64,000 nucleotides of DNA from Candidatus Latescibacterota bacterium (GTDB lineage Bacteria > Krumholzibacteriota > Krumholzibacteriia > WVZY01), in contig CAWBQK010000011.1 of NCBI GenBank assembly GCA_963791045.1, forward strand, positions 160,001 through 224,000. The letters are read 5' to 3'. The notes beneath the pieces were generated by a model, which did not search any database, was not told the DNA's origin, and saw only the letters and a program-made list of their open reading frames with translations. The position numbers and the translations under genes are program-made. Positions 21,301 through 32,324 of the stretch are shown here, one piece after another (within the stretch, counting starts at the first letter, position 1; every line of letters starts with the position of its first letter).

Positions 21301-21627
21301 CAGAACATCATCGACGAGCCGATCGGCATCGATCCGGTGGCGTTCTCGAACTCACTCGACAACGCGTATCCGAACCCCTTCAACCCGTCGACGACGATAA
21401 AATACACAATCGCCGAGCGCGGGCACGTGAGCCTGAAGATCTACAACGCGGCGGGACAGCTGGTTCGCAACCTCGTCGACGAGATGCAGTCGCCGCAAGA
21501 GGTCGGATTCTCGAAGACCTGGAGCGGCATGAACGACCAGGGCCAGCCGGTCTCGAGTGGTGTGTATTTCTATAAATTGACTGCGCAGAACTTCACACAG
21601 ACGAAGAAGATGGTTCTTCTGAAGTAG
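18371..21627 (+). CDS. Large secreted protein, paralogue 3 (frameshifts near 18455, 18970-19090 and 20661)
   Basis: Signal peptide MKKVFLVSLCVIFALSVVASASFA; fragments 18408-18977, 19044-20684 and 20581-21627 are collinear with paralogue 1. Confidence 0.82.
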
Positions 21628-21707
21628 GAAGATCGCGCGTGGTTGGTGTTGTCCGCGGTATAAAACAGTGGGCAAAACAAAAGGGGCCGGCATTAATTGC
21701 CGGCCCC
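21298..21707 (+). repeat. Near-identical repeat, copy 3
   Basis: See copies 1 and 2. Confidence 0.9.
21683..21707. terminator. Hairpin between convergent paralogue 3 and the ccm operon
   Basis: ggggccggca-ttaat-tgccggcccc preceded by an A-tract, which is a U-tract on the minus strand. Confidence 0.7.
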
Positions 21708-21736
21708 TCGTAATTCTATCGCCGCGAAACTTAAGG

Positions 21737-21877
21737 TTAACCCTTCTCGCCCCGCGCGATTTTTGCTTTCAACCCTTCTAGTTCCTGGGCGATTGCCCGC
21801 TGCTTCTTGCCCATGTCGAAGAGGTAGACAAAAACGGCGAACCAGATTATCGCGTATGCAACAAACATCCAGGTCAT
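21737..21877 (-). CDS. ccmD: Heme exporter protein D (46 aa), absent from the ORF track
   Basis: MTWMFVAYAIIWFAVFVYLFDMGKKQRAIAQELEGLK...; SD ggggag; lies directly after ccmC. Confidence 0.85.
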   Translation of the reverse strand: MTWMFVAYAIIWFAVFVYLFDMGKKQRAIAQELEGLKAKIARGEKG

Positions 21878-21943
21878 TGATTTCTCCCCTTATTGATAAG
21901 TGTCATTGGCGGCGTCCGCCGCCGTCCGGCGCCAGAAAACTGA

Positions 21944-22639
21944 TTATTCTCCCTGTTCCAGGAGATCCTGGAGATCGTCGATCTCATCGCGAAGCGCCTG
22001 GAGACGGAGCCGGTATCTCAAAATCGTAAAATAGAGCAACGTAAAGGTTGCGATGCAAAACAAGAGTGTCATGAGCATCGAACCCTCAAGTCCCGAATCG
22101 TCGCCACCCGACATGACCGGCTGGGGATGCTGTGTCCGCCACCACCGGATCGAGAAATAAACGAGCGGAACGTCTATAAACCCAATGACGCCGAGCACAG
22201 CCGAAAAGGTCGCGCGCCGCTCAGGATCCGACATGTAATGACGGAGCATGATGTAAGCCACGTAAATGAGCCACAGCACCAGCGTGAGTGTCAGCCGCGC
22301 ATCCCACGTCCACCACACGCCCCACACCGGTTTCGCCCATATCGGCCCGGTGATGAGGACGAGCGTACAAAAGAGCACGCCGATCTCAGCCGAAGCGGAG
22401 GCGAGTGTGTCCCACCGCTTGTTGCTCCTGATGAGATAGATCAGGCTGAACACAAATACCATAAAGAAAGCGAAGAACGCCAACCACGCCGACGGCACAT
22501 GGAAGTAGAAGATCTTCTGAACCTCTCCCATTGTGGCCTCGGTCGGGACATACATGAAGACGAGATAGATGCTCACCATCATCGCGACAAGCGTGAGCAC
22601 GGTGAGCACCAATCCAAGGTTGTCTCTATTCGTATTCAT
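21944..22639 (-). CDS. ccmC: Heme exporter protein C
   Basis: FYFHVPSAW, TGPIWAKPVWGVWWTWDARLT (WWD motif) and WWRTQHP. Confidence 0.95.
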   Translation of the reverse strand: MNTNRDNLGLVLTVLTLVAMMVSIYLVFMYVPTEATMGEVQKIFYFHVPSAWLAFFAFFMVFVFSLIYLIRSNKRWDTLASASAEIGVLFCTLVLITGPIWAKPVWGVWWTWDARLTLTLVLWLIYVAYIMLRHYMSDPERRATFSAVLGVIGFIDVPLVYFSIRWWRTQHPQPVMSGGDDSGLEGSMLMTLLFCIATFTLLYFTILRYRLRLQALRDEIDDLQDLLEQGE

Positions 22640-22645
22640 AGTGCG

Positions 22646-23311
22646 TTATTCCTGGAGAATGTACCCAAACGTCAAAAACGACACGGTTACAAAAATTACA
22701 TCGTACGTAACGAGGAGCCTGAACCAGAAAGTCGGATCGGTGTCCGCGCCAAGAGCATACGCCGTTGCTTCCACCGAGGCGATCAAAATCGGAATCGTAA
22801 TAGGGAGCAAAAGGATCGGCAGGATCACCTCACGCATCCTGGTGTGGACGGCGATCGCGGAGAAAAGCGTTCCGACCGAAGAAAAACCGACGGACCCCAG
22901 AAAGAGAACCAACAGCAGGTAATGGAGCTTGCCCATGATATCCACATTGAAAAATATGGCGAAGAGCGGCAAGAGGATGATCTGTGTTATGAGCATGAAG
23001 ATCACATTGGCGAGGCATTTCCCAAGATAGATGCCGCCGCGGTCGACCGGCGCAATCTGGAGACCCTGGACGCAGTTTTCATCCCGCTCGAGAGCGAACG
23101 AGCGGTTCAGCGACAACGTTCCACCAAACGCAAACGCGATCCAAAGGAAGCCCGCTCCCATTTTCACCGCTTCTTCGGATGTAAGATCCAACGTGAAGTT
23201 GAAAATGACGAGGACCATGAGCGAAAAGACAAACGACGCGCTAAAGGCCTCTTTGGTCTGAAGCTCGATCTTGAGGTCTTTCCACAATATTGTCGCGATC
23301 GTCCGCCACAT
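22646..23311 (-). CDS. ccmB: Heme exporter protein B
   Basis: WKDLKIE, SLNRSFALERD and REVILPILLLP motifs; multiple TM segments. Confidence 0.92.
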   Translation of the reverse strand: MWRTIATILWKDLKIELQTKEAFSASFVFSLMVLVIFNFTLDLTSEEAVKMGAGFLWIAFAFGGTLSLNRSFALERDENCVQGLQIAPVDRGGIYLGKCLANVIFMLITQIILLPLFAIFFNVDIMGKLHYLLLVLFLGSVGFSSVGTLFSAIAVHTRMREVILPILLLPITIPILIASVEATAYALGADTDPTFWFRLLVTYDVIFVTVSFLTFGYILQE

Positions 23312-23331
23312 AAAACGTTCTCCCGGATAGC

Positions 23332-24105
23332 CTATCCGTTCAGAATCTGCAGGTACTCGCTTCGGAACTCATCAAATGTTCTTTCCTCAACCGATGTCTG
23401 ATAAACCACACGACCTCTGTCGAGCACCACAACACGGTCGGCGTGCCGCCAGCCGCGCTCGATATTGTGCGTCACCATCAAAAGCGCACCCCCGGCTTCC
23501 TTGAATTGTGTGAGAAATGTATCGAGGATGGCGGAAGCCCGTTCGTCGAGTCCCGTAAATGGCTCGTCGAGCATGAGGATTCCGGGGTCGTGAATGAACG
23601 CGCGGGCGAGAGAGACTCGCTGCTTCATCCCACGGCTCAGAGCGCGAACGAGCACGGATGTTTTCGCCTCGAGATCGACTTGTTGAATCATCTCGCGAAC
23701 GCGCTCGTCCCGGTTTTCTATCTCGTATAGGCGGGCGTAGAACATCAGGTTGTCGTAAACCGAGAGATCCTTGTAAAGAAGGCTGTCGTGCGAGACAAGA
23801 CCGATTCTGCGACGAAGATCTTCGTCGGCGTCCTTCACGTTCTTGCCAAAAAGAATCACGTCACCGGTGAACGACCGGATGATCGACGAAACGATTTTGA
23901 GGAATGTGGTTTTGCCCGCGCCGTTCCTGCCCACAATCGTGAGAAACTCCCCTCGCGACAATGTCAGCGAGAGGGATTTAAGGGCGGTAAAACGGCCGAA
24001 AGTTTTCGTGAGGTCGCGCGCTACAAGAAGCTCGGAATCACTAGACCTGGGTTGTTCCTTTTCGCTTTCGCGCCGGCTTTGATTTTTGGGGTTGAAGTTT
24101 GTCAA
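23332..24105 (-). CDS. ccmA: Heme ABC exporter ATP-binding protein (true start uncertain, probably near 24049)
   Basis: GRNGAGKTT, LSRGMKQR and LDEPFTGLD motifs; operon position. Confidence 0.88.
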   Translation of the reverse strand: MTNFNPKNQSRRESEKEQPRSSDSELLVARDLTKTFGRFTALKSLSLTLSRGEFLTIVGRNGAGKTTFLKIVSSIIRSFTGDVILFGKNVKDADEDLRRRIGLVSHDSLLYKDLSVYDNLMFYARLYEIENRDERVREMIQQVDLEAKTSVLVRALSRGMKQRVSLARAFIHDPGILMLDEPFTGLDERASAILDTFLTQFKEAGGALLMVTHNIERGWRHADRVVVLDRGRVVYQTSVEERTFDEFRSEYLQILNG

Positions 24106-25297
24106 TTTTGTAGATTGTTCGTGCGAGTTTTTCTACGAGATCACCGCGCGTGCTCTTGTAAAGTTGATCGGTCAAGGTGCCCGTCGCGTACAGATCATCG
24201 AGTTTCGCGATCTGGCCTACGAGCGAATGCCTCTGCGTCGTCATTACGATAACCTGTGAATCCGGGTCCGGTGACGATTTTGTCCCAAGAGCCGCAACCA
24301 GGACAAGCAAAAGCGCAAAGCCGATAATGATAATAATTGTAAATTGTTCCCAGCCGGCCTCCAGGTTCATGATTTGATGCCCCGACTGCTGCTGATTCGC
24401 CGGAGCCCGGCCGTGAAGATGTGCCTCGCCTTTCCTGAAGGTCAGGGGAAGCGTTGAGGATTTGGGCAGCGACTCAAAACGGAACGACCTGAATCCGTGG
24501 GTCTCCCCCGGTTCGGGGAGCTCGAGACCTTTGCTGCTGACCTCCATCGACGGATCCTCGGTCATGACCACGAGTTCGTTCAGACCGTACTCGAGCGTCT
24601 CTGTGTAATCGTATCTCTCCGTCTCGTAATTCATGGAGTACGAAATGCCGACCCTGGTCTCACCGGGTTTGAAAGCATGTTCGATGGCGGAGATGTTGGG
24701 TTCGCCGGTCGGTTGGGGAGTCACCGTGATCGGTATCCCCAGGTCGGTAACAAACATCTGTGTAATCTCGATATTGTCGTCGGGGATCATGACGCGGAAT
24801 CCCGCGCCTTTTCCAAGGATGGTCCTGGGCGGATTCGACTGATTGTTGATCAGGTAAAGTCTGTCCACGGAGAGAGTGTCGTGGCTTCGCCTCGCCATAA
24901 AATGAGGGAGCGATACCTGGACACCTTCCCAGGAAGTTGTCGTCTCATATACTTTGACTTCAACCGCGTCTCCCAATTCTTCGGGATTCACGACCTCGGT
25001 GTATACGATACCTTTGTAATTCACCTGAAAGAGAAATACCGATATATCCTCTTTGAGGTTCTTGGCGACAAAATTGCCCTGGGCGTCCGATTCGATTTCA
25101 CCCTCAGTGGCCATCCCGTGGCGAGGGTCGACGACTGTGACCTTGATGACGCCGGCGGGCTCGCCGGTCGTGCCGTTTATGACCCGTCCCTTGATATCGA
25201 GGGCCGATGCCGTGCCCGGCGACGCTATCATGACCGCGATGGTCAGTACGGTGAACAAAAGGAAGGAACAAACGGATATCAGTCTCTGATTATTCAT
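24041..25297 (-). CDS. Exported, membrane-anchored ccm-cluster accessory protein (N-terminal carboxypeptidase-regulatory-like beta domain)
   Basis: Signal peptide, IKGRVINGTTG, a C-terminal TM and an IAKLDDLYATG..Y...R helical tail. Confidence 0.65.
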   Translation of the reverse strand: MNNQRLISVCSFLLFTVLTIAVMIASPGTASALDIKGRVINGTTGEPAGVIKVTVVDPRHGMATEGEIESDAQGNFVAKNLKEDISVFLFQVNYKGIVYTEVVNPEELGDAVEVKVYETTTSWEGVQVSLPHFMARRSHDTLSVDRLYLINNQSNPPRTILGKGAGFRVMIPDDNIEITQMFVTDLGIPITVTPQPTGEPNISAIEHAFKPGETRVGISYSMNYETERYDYTETLEYGLNELVVMTEDPSMEVSSKGLELPEPGETHGFRSFRFESLPKSSTLPLTFRKGEAHLHGRAPANQQQSGHQIMNLEAGWEQFTIIIIIGFALLLVLVAALGTKSSPDPDSQVIVMTTQRHSLVGQIAKLDDLYATGTLTDQLYKSTRGDLVEKLARTIYKIDKLQPQKSKPARKRKGTTQV

Positions 25298-25358
25298 TTT
25301 GAATATGTTGTCCTGTTATGGAAAAGTGCTCAAGAACGAAAGAGGGTAACCCGTAAAC

Positions 25359-25709
25359 TTACTTGATGCGGCGTTTCGATTTCACTTCGCCCTCGATCAG
25401 TTCTTCGATTTCTTTCCTGATTTTGAGTCTATCCAGTGTTTTGGATACCTCATCGATTTCGTCAACGTATCCTTTGCGCAGGGCCGAGTAATCCTGCTCG
25501 GAAAGCTTGCCCATTTCATGTTCGAAGTCGAGTTCCCTCATATTCTCCTCGATCCGCGCTTTCTTGAGGTTGAGGAAGTCGAGCTGTTTTGTGTCTCCAA
25601 ATTCGAACATGTCATCGAGCTGGTGCAGCTTGCGCTGCCTTCCGAACAAAGGGTACGTGATGAAAATAACTGCCGCGATGCCGATAAGGACTATGCTGAA
25701 ATATTCCAT
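25359..25709 (-). CDS. CcmI N-terminal-like small membrane protein
   Basis: N-terminal TM ending YPLF; MRELDFEHEMGKLSEQDYSALR motif. Confidence 0.65.
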   Translation of the reverse strand: MEYFSIVLIGIAAVIFITYPLFGRQRKLHQLDDMFEFGDTKQLDFLNLKKARIEENMRELDFEHEMGKLSEQDYSALRKGYVDEIDEVSKTLDRLKIRKEIEELIEGEVKSKRRIK

Positions 25710-25723
25710 TTTACATCATCACC

Positions 25724-27769
25724 TTACATCTTATCCGCTGTTGTGAGAAGCTTGTCGAGGGCCTTGCGTCCGCGCACCGAACGGCCGGTGGACGAATCGG
25801 GCAGGATGCAGATCAGTGTGCCGAGACCGAGCACGACACCGCCGAGCCACAACCACGCGACGAGCGGATTCCGGTAAACCTGGATGACGGCGTCGCCCGT
25901 GTCCTGTGAGATTCCAGCGAATACCACGTAGAGATCATCCTGGAGCGTGCTCCTCATGGCGACTTCGGAAGTTGCCTGGTCGCTTGCCCTGTAAACGCGT
26001 TTTTCCGGATAGAGCATCCCGACCGGTTTGCCGTTCTTGGTAACAGCCAGCGCCGCCTCGATGAAATAATAAGTTCGGTGTTCTTTTCTTCCAGGTCATC
26101 GAAAACGAGTGTGTACGGTCCGACCGACAACGAATCGCCTACGCTGACATCGCCGGATGTGTCCTGGTTGAAGGCCGAGCCGGCAAAACCCACAAACATC
26201 AAAACTATACCGAAGTGGACAATCGCTCCGCCGTAGCGCCGTTTGTTGCTTGGCGACCAGATTGAAAGCCGCTGCCGGACTGATTCACCGCGTGCCCGCA
26301 TTCGGGCGCCAATTCCGCGGCCGAACTCGATCACAATGGTCAGCGTTACGAAGATCGCCAGGAAAAACGCCATCAACGGCGCCAGATCCCGGATGCCCAT
26401 CAGAAACAGCCCCACCGCCGCAACGAAGACTTAAAGTGAGCGGCCAAATGAAATTCCTCCGCATGCTCTTCCAGGACGTTTTACGCCACGCGAGAAGCGG
26501 CGCGACGCCGGTGAGGAAGAGAATGAAGAGACCCGAGAGGCACGTAGATCCGATTAAAGAACGGCGGGCCGATGGTGATTTTATGTCCTGTAATTGCTTC
26601 AGAAAAGACTGGGTAAACCGTACCCCAAAGCACCGCGAACGTGGCGCAGAGAAAGACGAGGTTGTTGAAGAGAAAACTCGCCTCACGAGATATCGCCGAA
26701 TCGAACGAGCTTTCGTCTTTTGAGATAATCGAGCCGTTTGAGATATCAAAATGACCGATCCCACCGCCGCGAGCGACAGTGAATCCGACGAAATAAGCGG
26801 CCGACGTCCGACTCTGCAAACGCGTGGACCGAGGACACCACTCCGCTACGTGTGAGGAACGTCCCAAAAATGCAGAGCAGATACGTCGCCATAATGAGCG
26901 ACGATGTTCCATATCTTGAGCATGTTCTTTTTTTCCTGGACGATCGCCGAGTGCAGAAACGCCGTTCCGGTCAGCCACGGCATAAACGATGCGTTTTCGA
27001 CAGGGTCCCAGGCCCAGTAACCACCCCACCCAAGTTCCACATACGCCCAGGCCGCACCAAGAATGATCCCGATACCAAGAAACCCCCATGCGAGCAGCGC
27101 CCATCGCCGGATCAGCGTGATCCACGCGTTACCCAGCTCCCGGGTGACCAGCGCGGCAAGCGCGAACGCCGCCGGTACCACGAACCCGACGTATCCGATA
27201 AAAAGAACCGGCGGGTGGATCACCATGATCGGATGCTGCAGGAGCGGGTTGAGCCCGCGGCCGTCATTGCGGGGTAAAGGGCATTGCGTGTGCGTCACCC
27301 TCGTGGATAATCCCGAGACGGACGAAACGGGTTTTCGACAAATGTATGTCAACAGATCAGAAAAAAGAGTGCCGTTGATGGAGATGATATCCAACGCCAC
27401 CGTAACGAGATCGCTGCGGCGGTGCCGGTTTTGAAAAGTAATGATCGCGGAAAAGATAACAAGAACCCAGGTCCAGAAGAGCAACGAGCCCTGTTGTCCG
27501 CCCCAGAAAGCGGCGAGCTTGTACGCCATAGGCAGGTCGGCGTTGCTGTACTTGGCGACGTATCTCGACATTGAAATTGTTAACGTCGCAAACAGATAGA
27601 AAAGCGCGATCGAGGCGGCTGTGACCAGCAAACAGGATGCGTATACCGCGTATTCGCCGGATTTGACCAGTTCGCGACGGTGCGTACGCCATCCCAAAAA
27701 GAGCGCCAAAACGGCGTAGAGCGTGACCGAAAAGGCGAGGGTCAAAGCTAGATTGCCAAAGTTCGCCAA
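25724..27769 (-). CDS. ccmF: Cytochrome c-type biogenesis heme lyase CcmF/NrfE (several frameshifts)
   Basis: [60 protein letters not shown] and [11 protein letters not shown] across fragments; TTG start after SD gagga. Confidence 0.9.
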
Positions 27770-27872
27770 AAGTTCCTCGATTACCAAATTAGGACGAAGG
27801 GATTTCAAGAATGATTGTATCAACCGGATGCTCGCGCACCCACGAGAGACATTGCTGCCAACGGCGTGCGTG

Positions 27873-28286
27873 TTACTTCCCGAGGCTTGTGCCGTGTTCT
27901 CGGATTGGTATTTGGACGCGCACTTGGCCTGGATTTGTCTGGCCTCGAATGTGCCGTCCTCTCTGGTACTGCCTTCGCAGACCGCTTCGACACCGTCTTT
28001 GAACGTGTCGGGTACCGGCGCGCTTCCCGTATACACGCATGCGAGTGTTGAGTTCGTCTTGTTCGAGGCGGAAGTGCAAGTCTTTGCCGAGTCGGACGAT
28101 GGTGCCATCGGTGACGATGCCGGCGACTTTTATACGTTTGCCATAGGCGTCGTCACCCATCTCGTCGAATTCCTCGATGGTTTTGTAATACGCCTTGCCC
28201 TCCTCAAAGCCGGATAAGCCAAAATACGACAATGCGGCGATAACGGCGACGACGCCAAATATGATTCTGTAGTTCTTGTGCTTCAT
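27873..28286 (-). CDS. ccmE: Cytochrome c maturation heme chaperone, CxxxY variant (frameshifted)
   Basis: N-terminal TM, YYKTIEE and IKVAGIV; a second frame gives YTG..PVPDTFKDG.EAVCEG...QAKCASKY. Confidence 0.85.
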   Translation of the reverse strand: MKHKNYRIIFGVVAVIAALSYFGLSGFEEGKAYYKTIEEFDEMGDDAYGKRIKVAGIVTDGTIVRLGKDLHFRLEQDELNTRMRVYGKRAGTRHVQRRCRSGLRRQYQRGRHIRGQTNPGQVRVQIPIREHGTSLGK

Positions 28287-28351
28287 GCCTGTCTCTTTCT
28301 CAGATGTTGTCGATCCTCCGATGTGGAAAATCCAGAGGGGCTGATTTTGTG

Positions 28352-28436
28352 AATATAATAAAAACCGTCGCCGCTGACAAGAGTTAAACAGCCGCTTGAG
28401 ACAATCAAATTTACTAAATTTCTTGAGAAACATCAA
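28352..28436 (-). promoter_or_regulatory. ccm operon promoter with FNR-like boxes
   Basis: TTGTCA-17 nt-TATATT (28380-28352). TTGAT-gttt-CTCAA at 28436-28423 and TTGAT-tgt-CTCAA at 28408-28396. Confidence 0.55.
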
Positions 28437-28481
28437 TTATTATATGCAGGCGATTACTGCGGCGACGGAACAGGCCAACTA

Positions 28482-31400
28482 CTAGCGGTTCACGACGGCG
28501 TTCGGCCATGGTCCGCAGCAGAGCACGGGGACGGTGAAAACGGTGATCAGGACGACCGTCATTCCGCCAAATGACGGGATGGCCATGGGAACCATGATGT
28601 CGGCCCCGCGGCCGGTTGACGTAAGTACAGGAATAAGAGCGAGTAAGGTGGTTGCTACGGTCATGATCGCCGGGCGGATTCGTCGTTTGCCCGCCTCGAT
28701 GGTAGCTTCGCGGACCTCGAGGACGGTGGCCGGACTGCCGCCGCGCGAACACCTGCCGGAGGTACGTCGAAATGATCACGCCGTCGTCGGTGGCGATTCC
28801 AAAGAGTGCGAGAAAGCCCACCCAGACCGCGACCGACAGATTGAGCACCTTGATATTAAATAGTTTCGAAGTCGATCGCCAAGCGGCCCCGAGAGGGGCA
28901 GTTCAGGAACCAGTCCTGGCCGTAGAGCCAAAGCATCAGGAATCCGCCCGCCCAGGCAACAAAAATACCGGAAAAGACGATGCCGCGGTCGCAACGTGAT
29001 GGAACTGGAAATATAAAATCAGGAAAATAATGACGAGCGCGAGCGGGAGCACGACGCTCAGTTTCTTCTCGCGAGCGGACCTGGCTCTCATAGCTTCCTG
29101 CAAAAGAATAGCTCACGCCTGCGGGGATATTGAGTTCACCGCTCTCGATCTTCGACGCGAGGTAGCGTGAGGCATCCTCGACGACGTCCACCTCGGCGTG
29201 CCCCGGTTTCTTGTCAAAAATCACATATCCGACCAGAAAGGTGTCTTCCGATTTGATGACCATCGGGCCGCGAACAAACTCGACCTCGGCCAGCTCGGAC
29301 AACGGAATCTGGGCGCCGCCGGGAGCGGGAACGAGAATCCGGCCGATGTCCTCGATCGTGTTGCGGAGTTCCCGCTGGTAACGCACCCTTACCGGATACC
29401 GTTCGCGTCCCTCGACCGTTGTGGTGAGCGGACTTGCCGCCGATGGCGACTTCGATCACATCCTGGACCGCGCGGATACTGATCCCATGTCTGGCGATGG
29501 CTTCCCGGTCGATTCGGATCTCGAGATAGGGTTTGCCGACGATCCGGTCGGCGATGACAGCGGACGGGTTCGACCGACGGGACTTCCTTGAAGAATCGCT
29601 CGATTTGCAGGCCGACCGCTTCGATCGTTTCGAGGTCGGGGCCCTTGACTTTTACGCCCATGCGGCGCACGCATCCCCGACTGGAGCATGACAAGACGCG
29701 CGGCGATCGGCTGGAGCTGTGGGGCGGAGGTCGTTCCGATGAGTTTGCCCGCCTTGATGATTTCATCCCAAATGTCATCGGGCGTTTTGATGTGGTCGCG
29801 CCAGTTCCGATAGGGGCGGCCTCGGTCGGTCGGGAACGAGGTTGCCGGACTCGTCGCGGACGAATTCGCCGACTCATTATCATACTTGAATTCTGACGCG
29901 GCGTCCGTACGGATCCGACGATGTACTCGGATTTGTAGTTGATCACCGTTTCGATCATCGAGATCGGCGCCGGGTCGAGCGGAGATTCCACGCGTCCGAG
30001 TTTACCCACGACCGATTCGATCTCCGGAATTGCGGAGAACGCCTTGTCCTGCGAATTGGAGGACATCGAGCGCTTCGCCAATCGATGCGTGCGGCATCGT
30101 CGTGGGCATGTAGAGGAAGGAGCCCTCGTCGAGGTCGGGCATGAATTCCTTGCCGAGTCCCGGGAAGGCGTGGTTGAGCGCCGTATACGGCGCCGTTCGT
30201 CGGATGATGTCGGGGGCGAAGCCAAAAAGGCGGTCGAACCCGAGCCAGATTGTGACGCCGGTTATCACTAGCGCGAGGGGAAGCGCGAGGAACAGCCGTT
30301 TGTGATCGAGTGCCCAGCGAAGAACCGGTTCGTAGATTTTCTGGAGAAGATAAAAAAGAAAAAGTATCCCGCCGAGAAGGGCGGCGACAAAGACTACGTT
30401 CAAGACTGCGCCCGCGCCGACGCCGAGCGGCAGCCAGTGCTGTGCGAGAACCACGGCGACCACGAGCGCCACCATATAATTGAAATACACGTGCGCCCGC
30501 GAGCGAATCCGCTCGGGCAGGCGGGATTGAAACTGAAGGACAGCGGCAAAAAGAACAAGGGCGATCCCGGTCATCCAGAATGTTTTAACAAGTGCAAACA
30601 CTCCGGCGAGTACAAGACCGGCGCGGAGCCATATGCTCGATCGCCCTCTTTTACGGTTCGTGAAAAGGATGTGCGCGACCGGCGGAATGATGGTGAGCGC
30701 CACTATGACCGACGCGATGAGCGCGAATGTTTTTGTATAGGCGAGCGGACGGAAGAGTTTTCCCTCGGCGGCCACGAGCGTGAATACCGGCAGAAACGAC
30801 ACGACGGTTGTTGCCACGGCGGTCAAGACGGCGCTTCCCACTTCGGTGGCGGCGTTGAAAATCACATCGCGCTTGTTGGCGTCGGGCGGCGCCCGATCGA
30901 GGTGTTTGAGGATATTTTCGGTGATCACAATCCCCATGTCGACGATTGTGCCGATGGCGATCGCTATCCCTGAGAGTGCGACGATGTTGGCGTCCACTTT
31001 GAAGAGCTTCATCGCGATAAAGACCATCAACACGGTGATCGGCAACAGCCCCGAGATGAGCAACGAACTTCGCAAGTGCATCACCATCATGAGGACGACG
31101 ATGATTGTGACGAGGATCTCGTCGATGAGCGCCGTGTTGAGTGTGCCCAGCGTTTCGTAGATTAGTCCCGAACGGTCGTAGAATGGGATGACGGTGACCT
31201 GCGACACGCGCCCGTCGGCCAGAGTCTTCCTGGGAAGCCCGGGGGAGATTTCTTTAATTTTGTCTTTAATGTTGCGGATTGCTGAGAGCGGGTTCTCGCC
31301 GTAACGGACGACGGCCACGCCGCCGACAACTTCGGCGCCGCCTTTGTCGAGCGCGCCGCGGCGGAGGGCGGGACCCAGCGCGACGTTTGCGACATCGACG

Positions 31401-32284
31401 ATTCTTATTGGGACGTTTCCCGTTTGTTTGATGACCGAGTTCTCGATGTCGGAGAGAGTTTCAATGAAACCGAGTCCGCGGATGACGTATTCGACGCGGT
31501 TGATTTCGATGGTCCGCGCGCCCACGTCGATGTTGGAGGACTTGACGGCGTTAAAAACCTCGGTGAGGGTGACGTCCGCCGCCCGCATGGCTTCCGGGTT
31601 TACATCGATCTGATATTCCTGGACAAAACCCCCGACAGACGCGACTTCGGCCACGCCTTTCGCCGAGAGGAGCGCATACCTCACCGTCCAGTCCTGGATC
31701 GAACGAAGTTCGTGGAGATCCCAACCGCCCGTTGGGTTGCCGTCTTTGTCGCGACCTTCGAGGGTGTACCAGAACACCTGGCCGAGGGCCGTGGCGTCGG
31801 GGCCGAGCGCCGGTTGGACGCCGGCGGGGACCGTCCCGGCGGAAAGCGAGTTTAGCTTTTCGAGCACGCGGCTGCGCGACCAGTAAAACTCGACGTCGTC
31901 CTCGAAGATTACGTAGATCGAGGAAAACCCAAAGAATGAGTAACTGCGGATGGTCCTTACCCCGGGGATCCCCAGAAGCGCCGTGGTCAGCGGATATGTT
32001 ATCTGATCCTCGATATCCTGGGGTGAACGTCCTTTCCACTCGGTGAAAACAATCTGCTGGTTCTCGCCGATGTCGGGAATCGCGTCGACCGGCACGGGAT
32101 CGCGCGGGAGACCGCCGAGGTTCCAGTCGAACGGGGCCACCATCAGCCCCCAACCGATGAAAAGCAAGACGACCACCGCGACGACAAACTTGTTGTCGAG
32201 GCAGTAACCGATGACATGGTCGACCGGTGTGCGCCGATGGGGTTCGTTTGAGTTGTTCTGCTTTTTCATCTGTTGTCGCGTCAC
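28482..32284 (-). CDS. cusA: CusA/CzcA family heavy-metal efflux RND permease (frameshifted in the 3' half)
   Basis: PVDAIPDIGENQQIVFTEW, GPDATALGQVFWY, AIAIGTIVDMG, LDEGSFLYMP, GIATDDGV and GRGADIMVPMAIPSFGG. Confidence 0.9.
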
Positions 32285-32324
32285 TTTGTGCCACGCGGGC
32301 TTGTTTGAATTTTCGTTCTTGTCA

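Noticed and set aside
14298-21627. Diversity-generating retroelement TR/VR pair
   Set aside because: Differences between the repeats are mostly synonymous and not adenine-specific, and there is no reverse transcriptase in the window.
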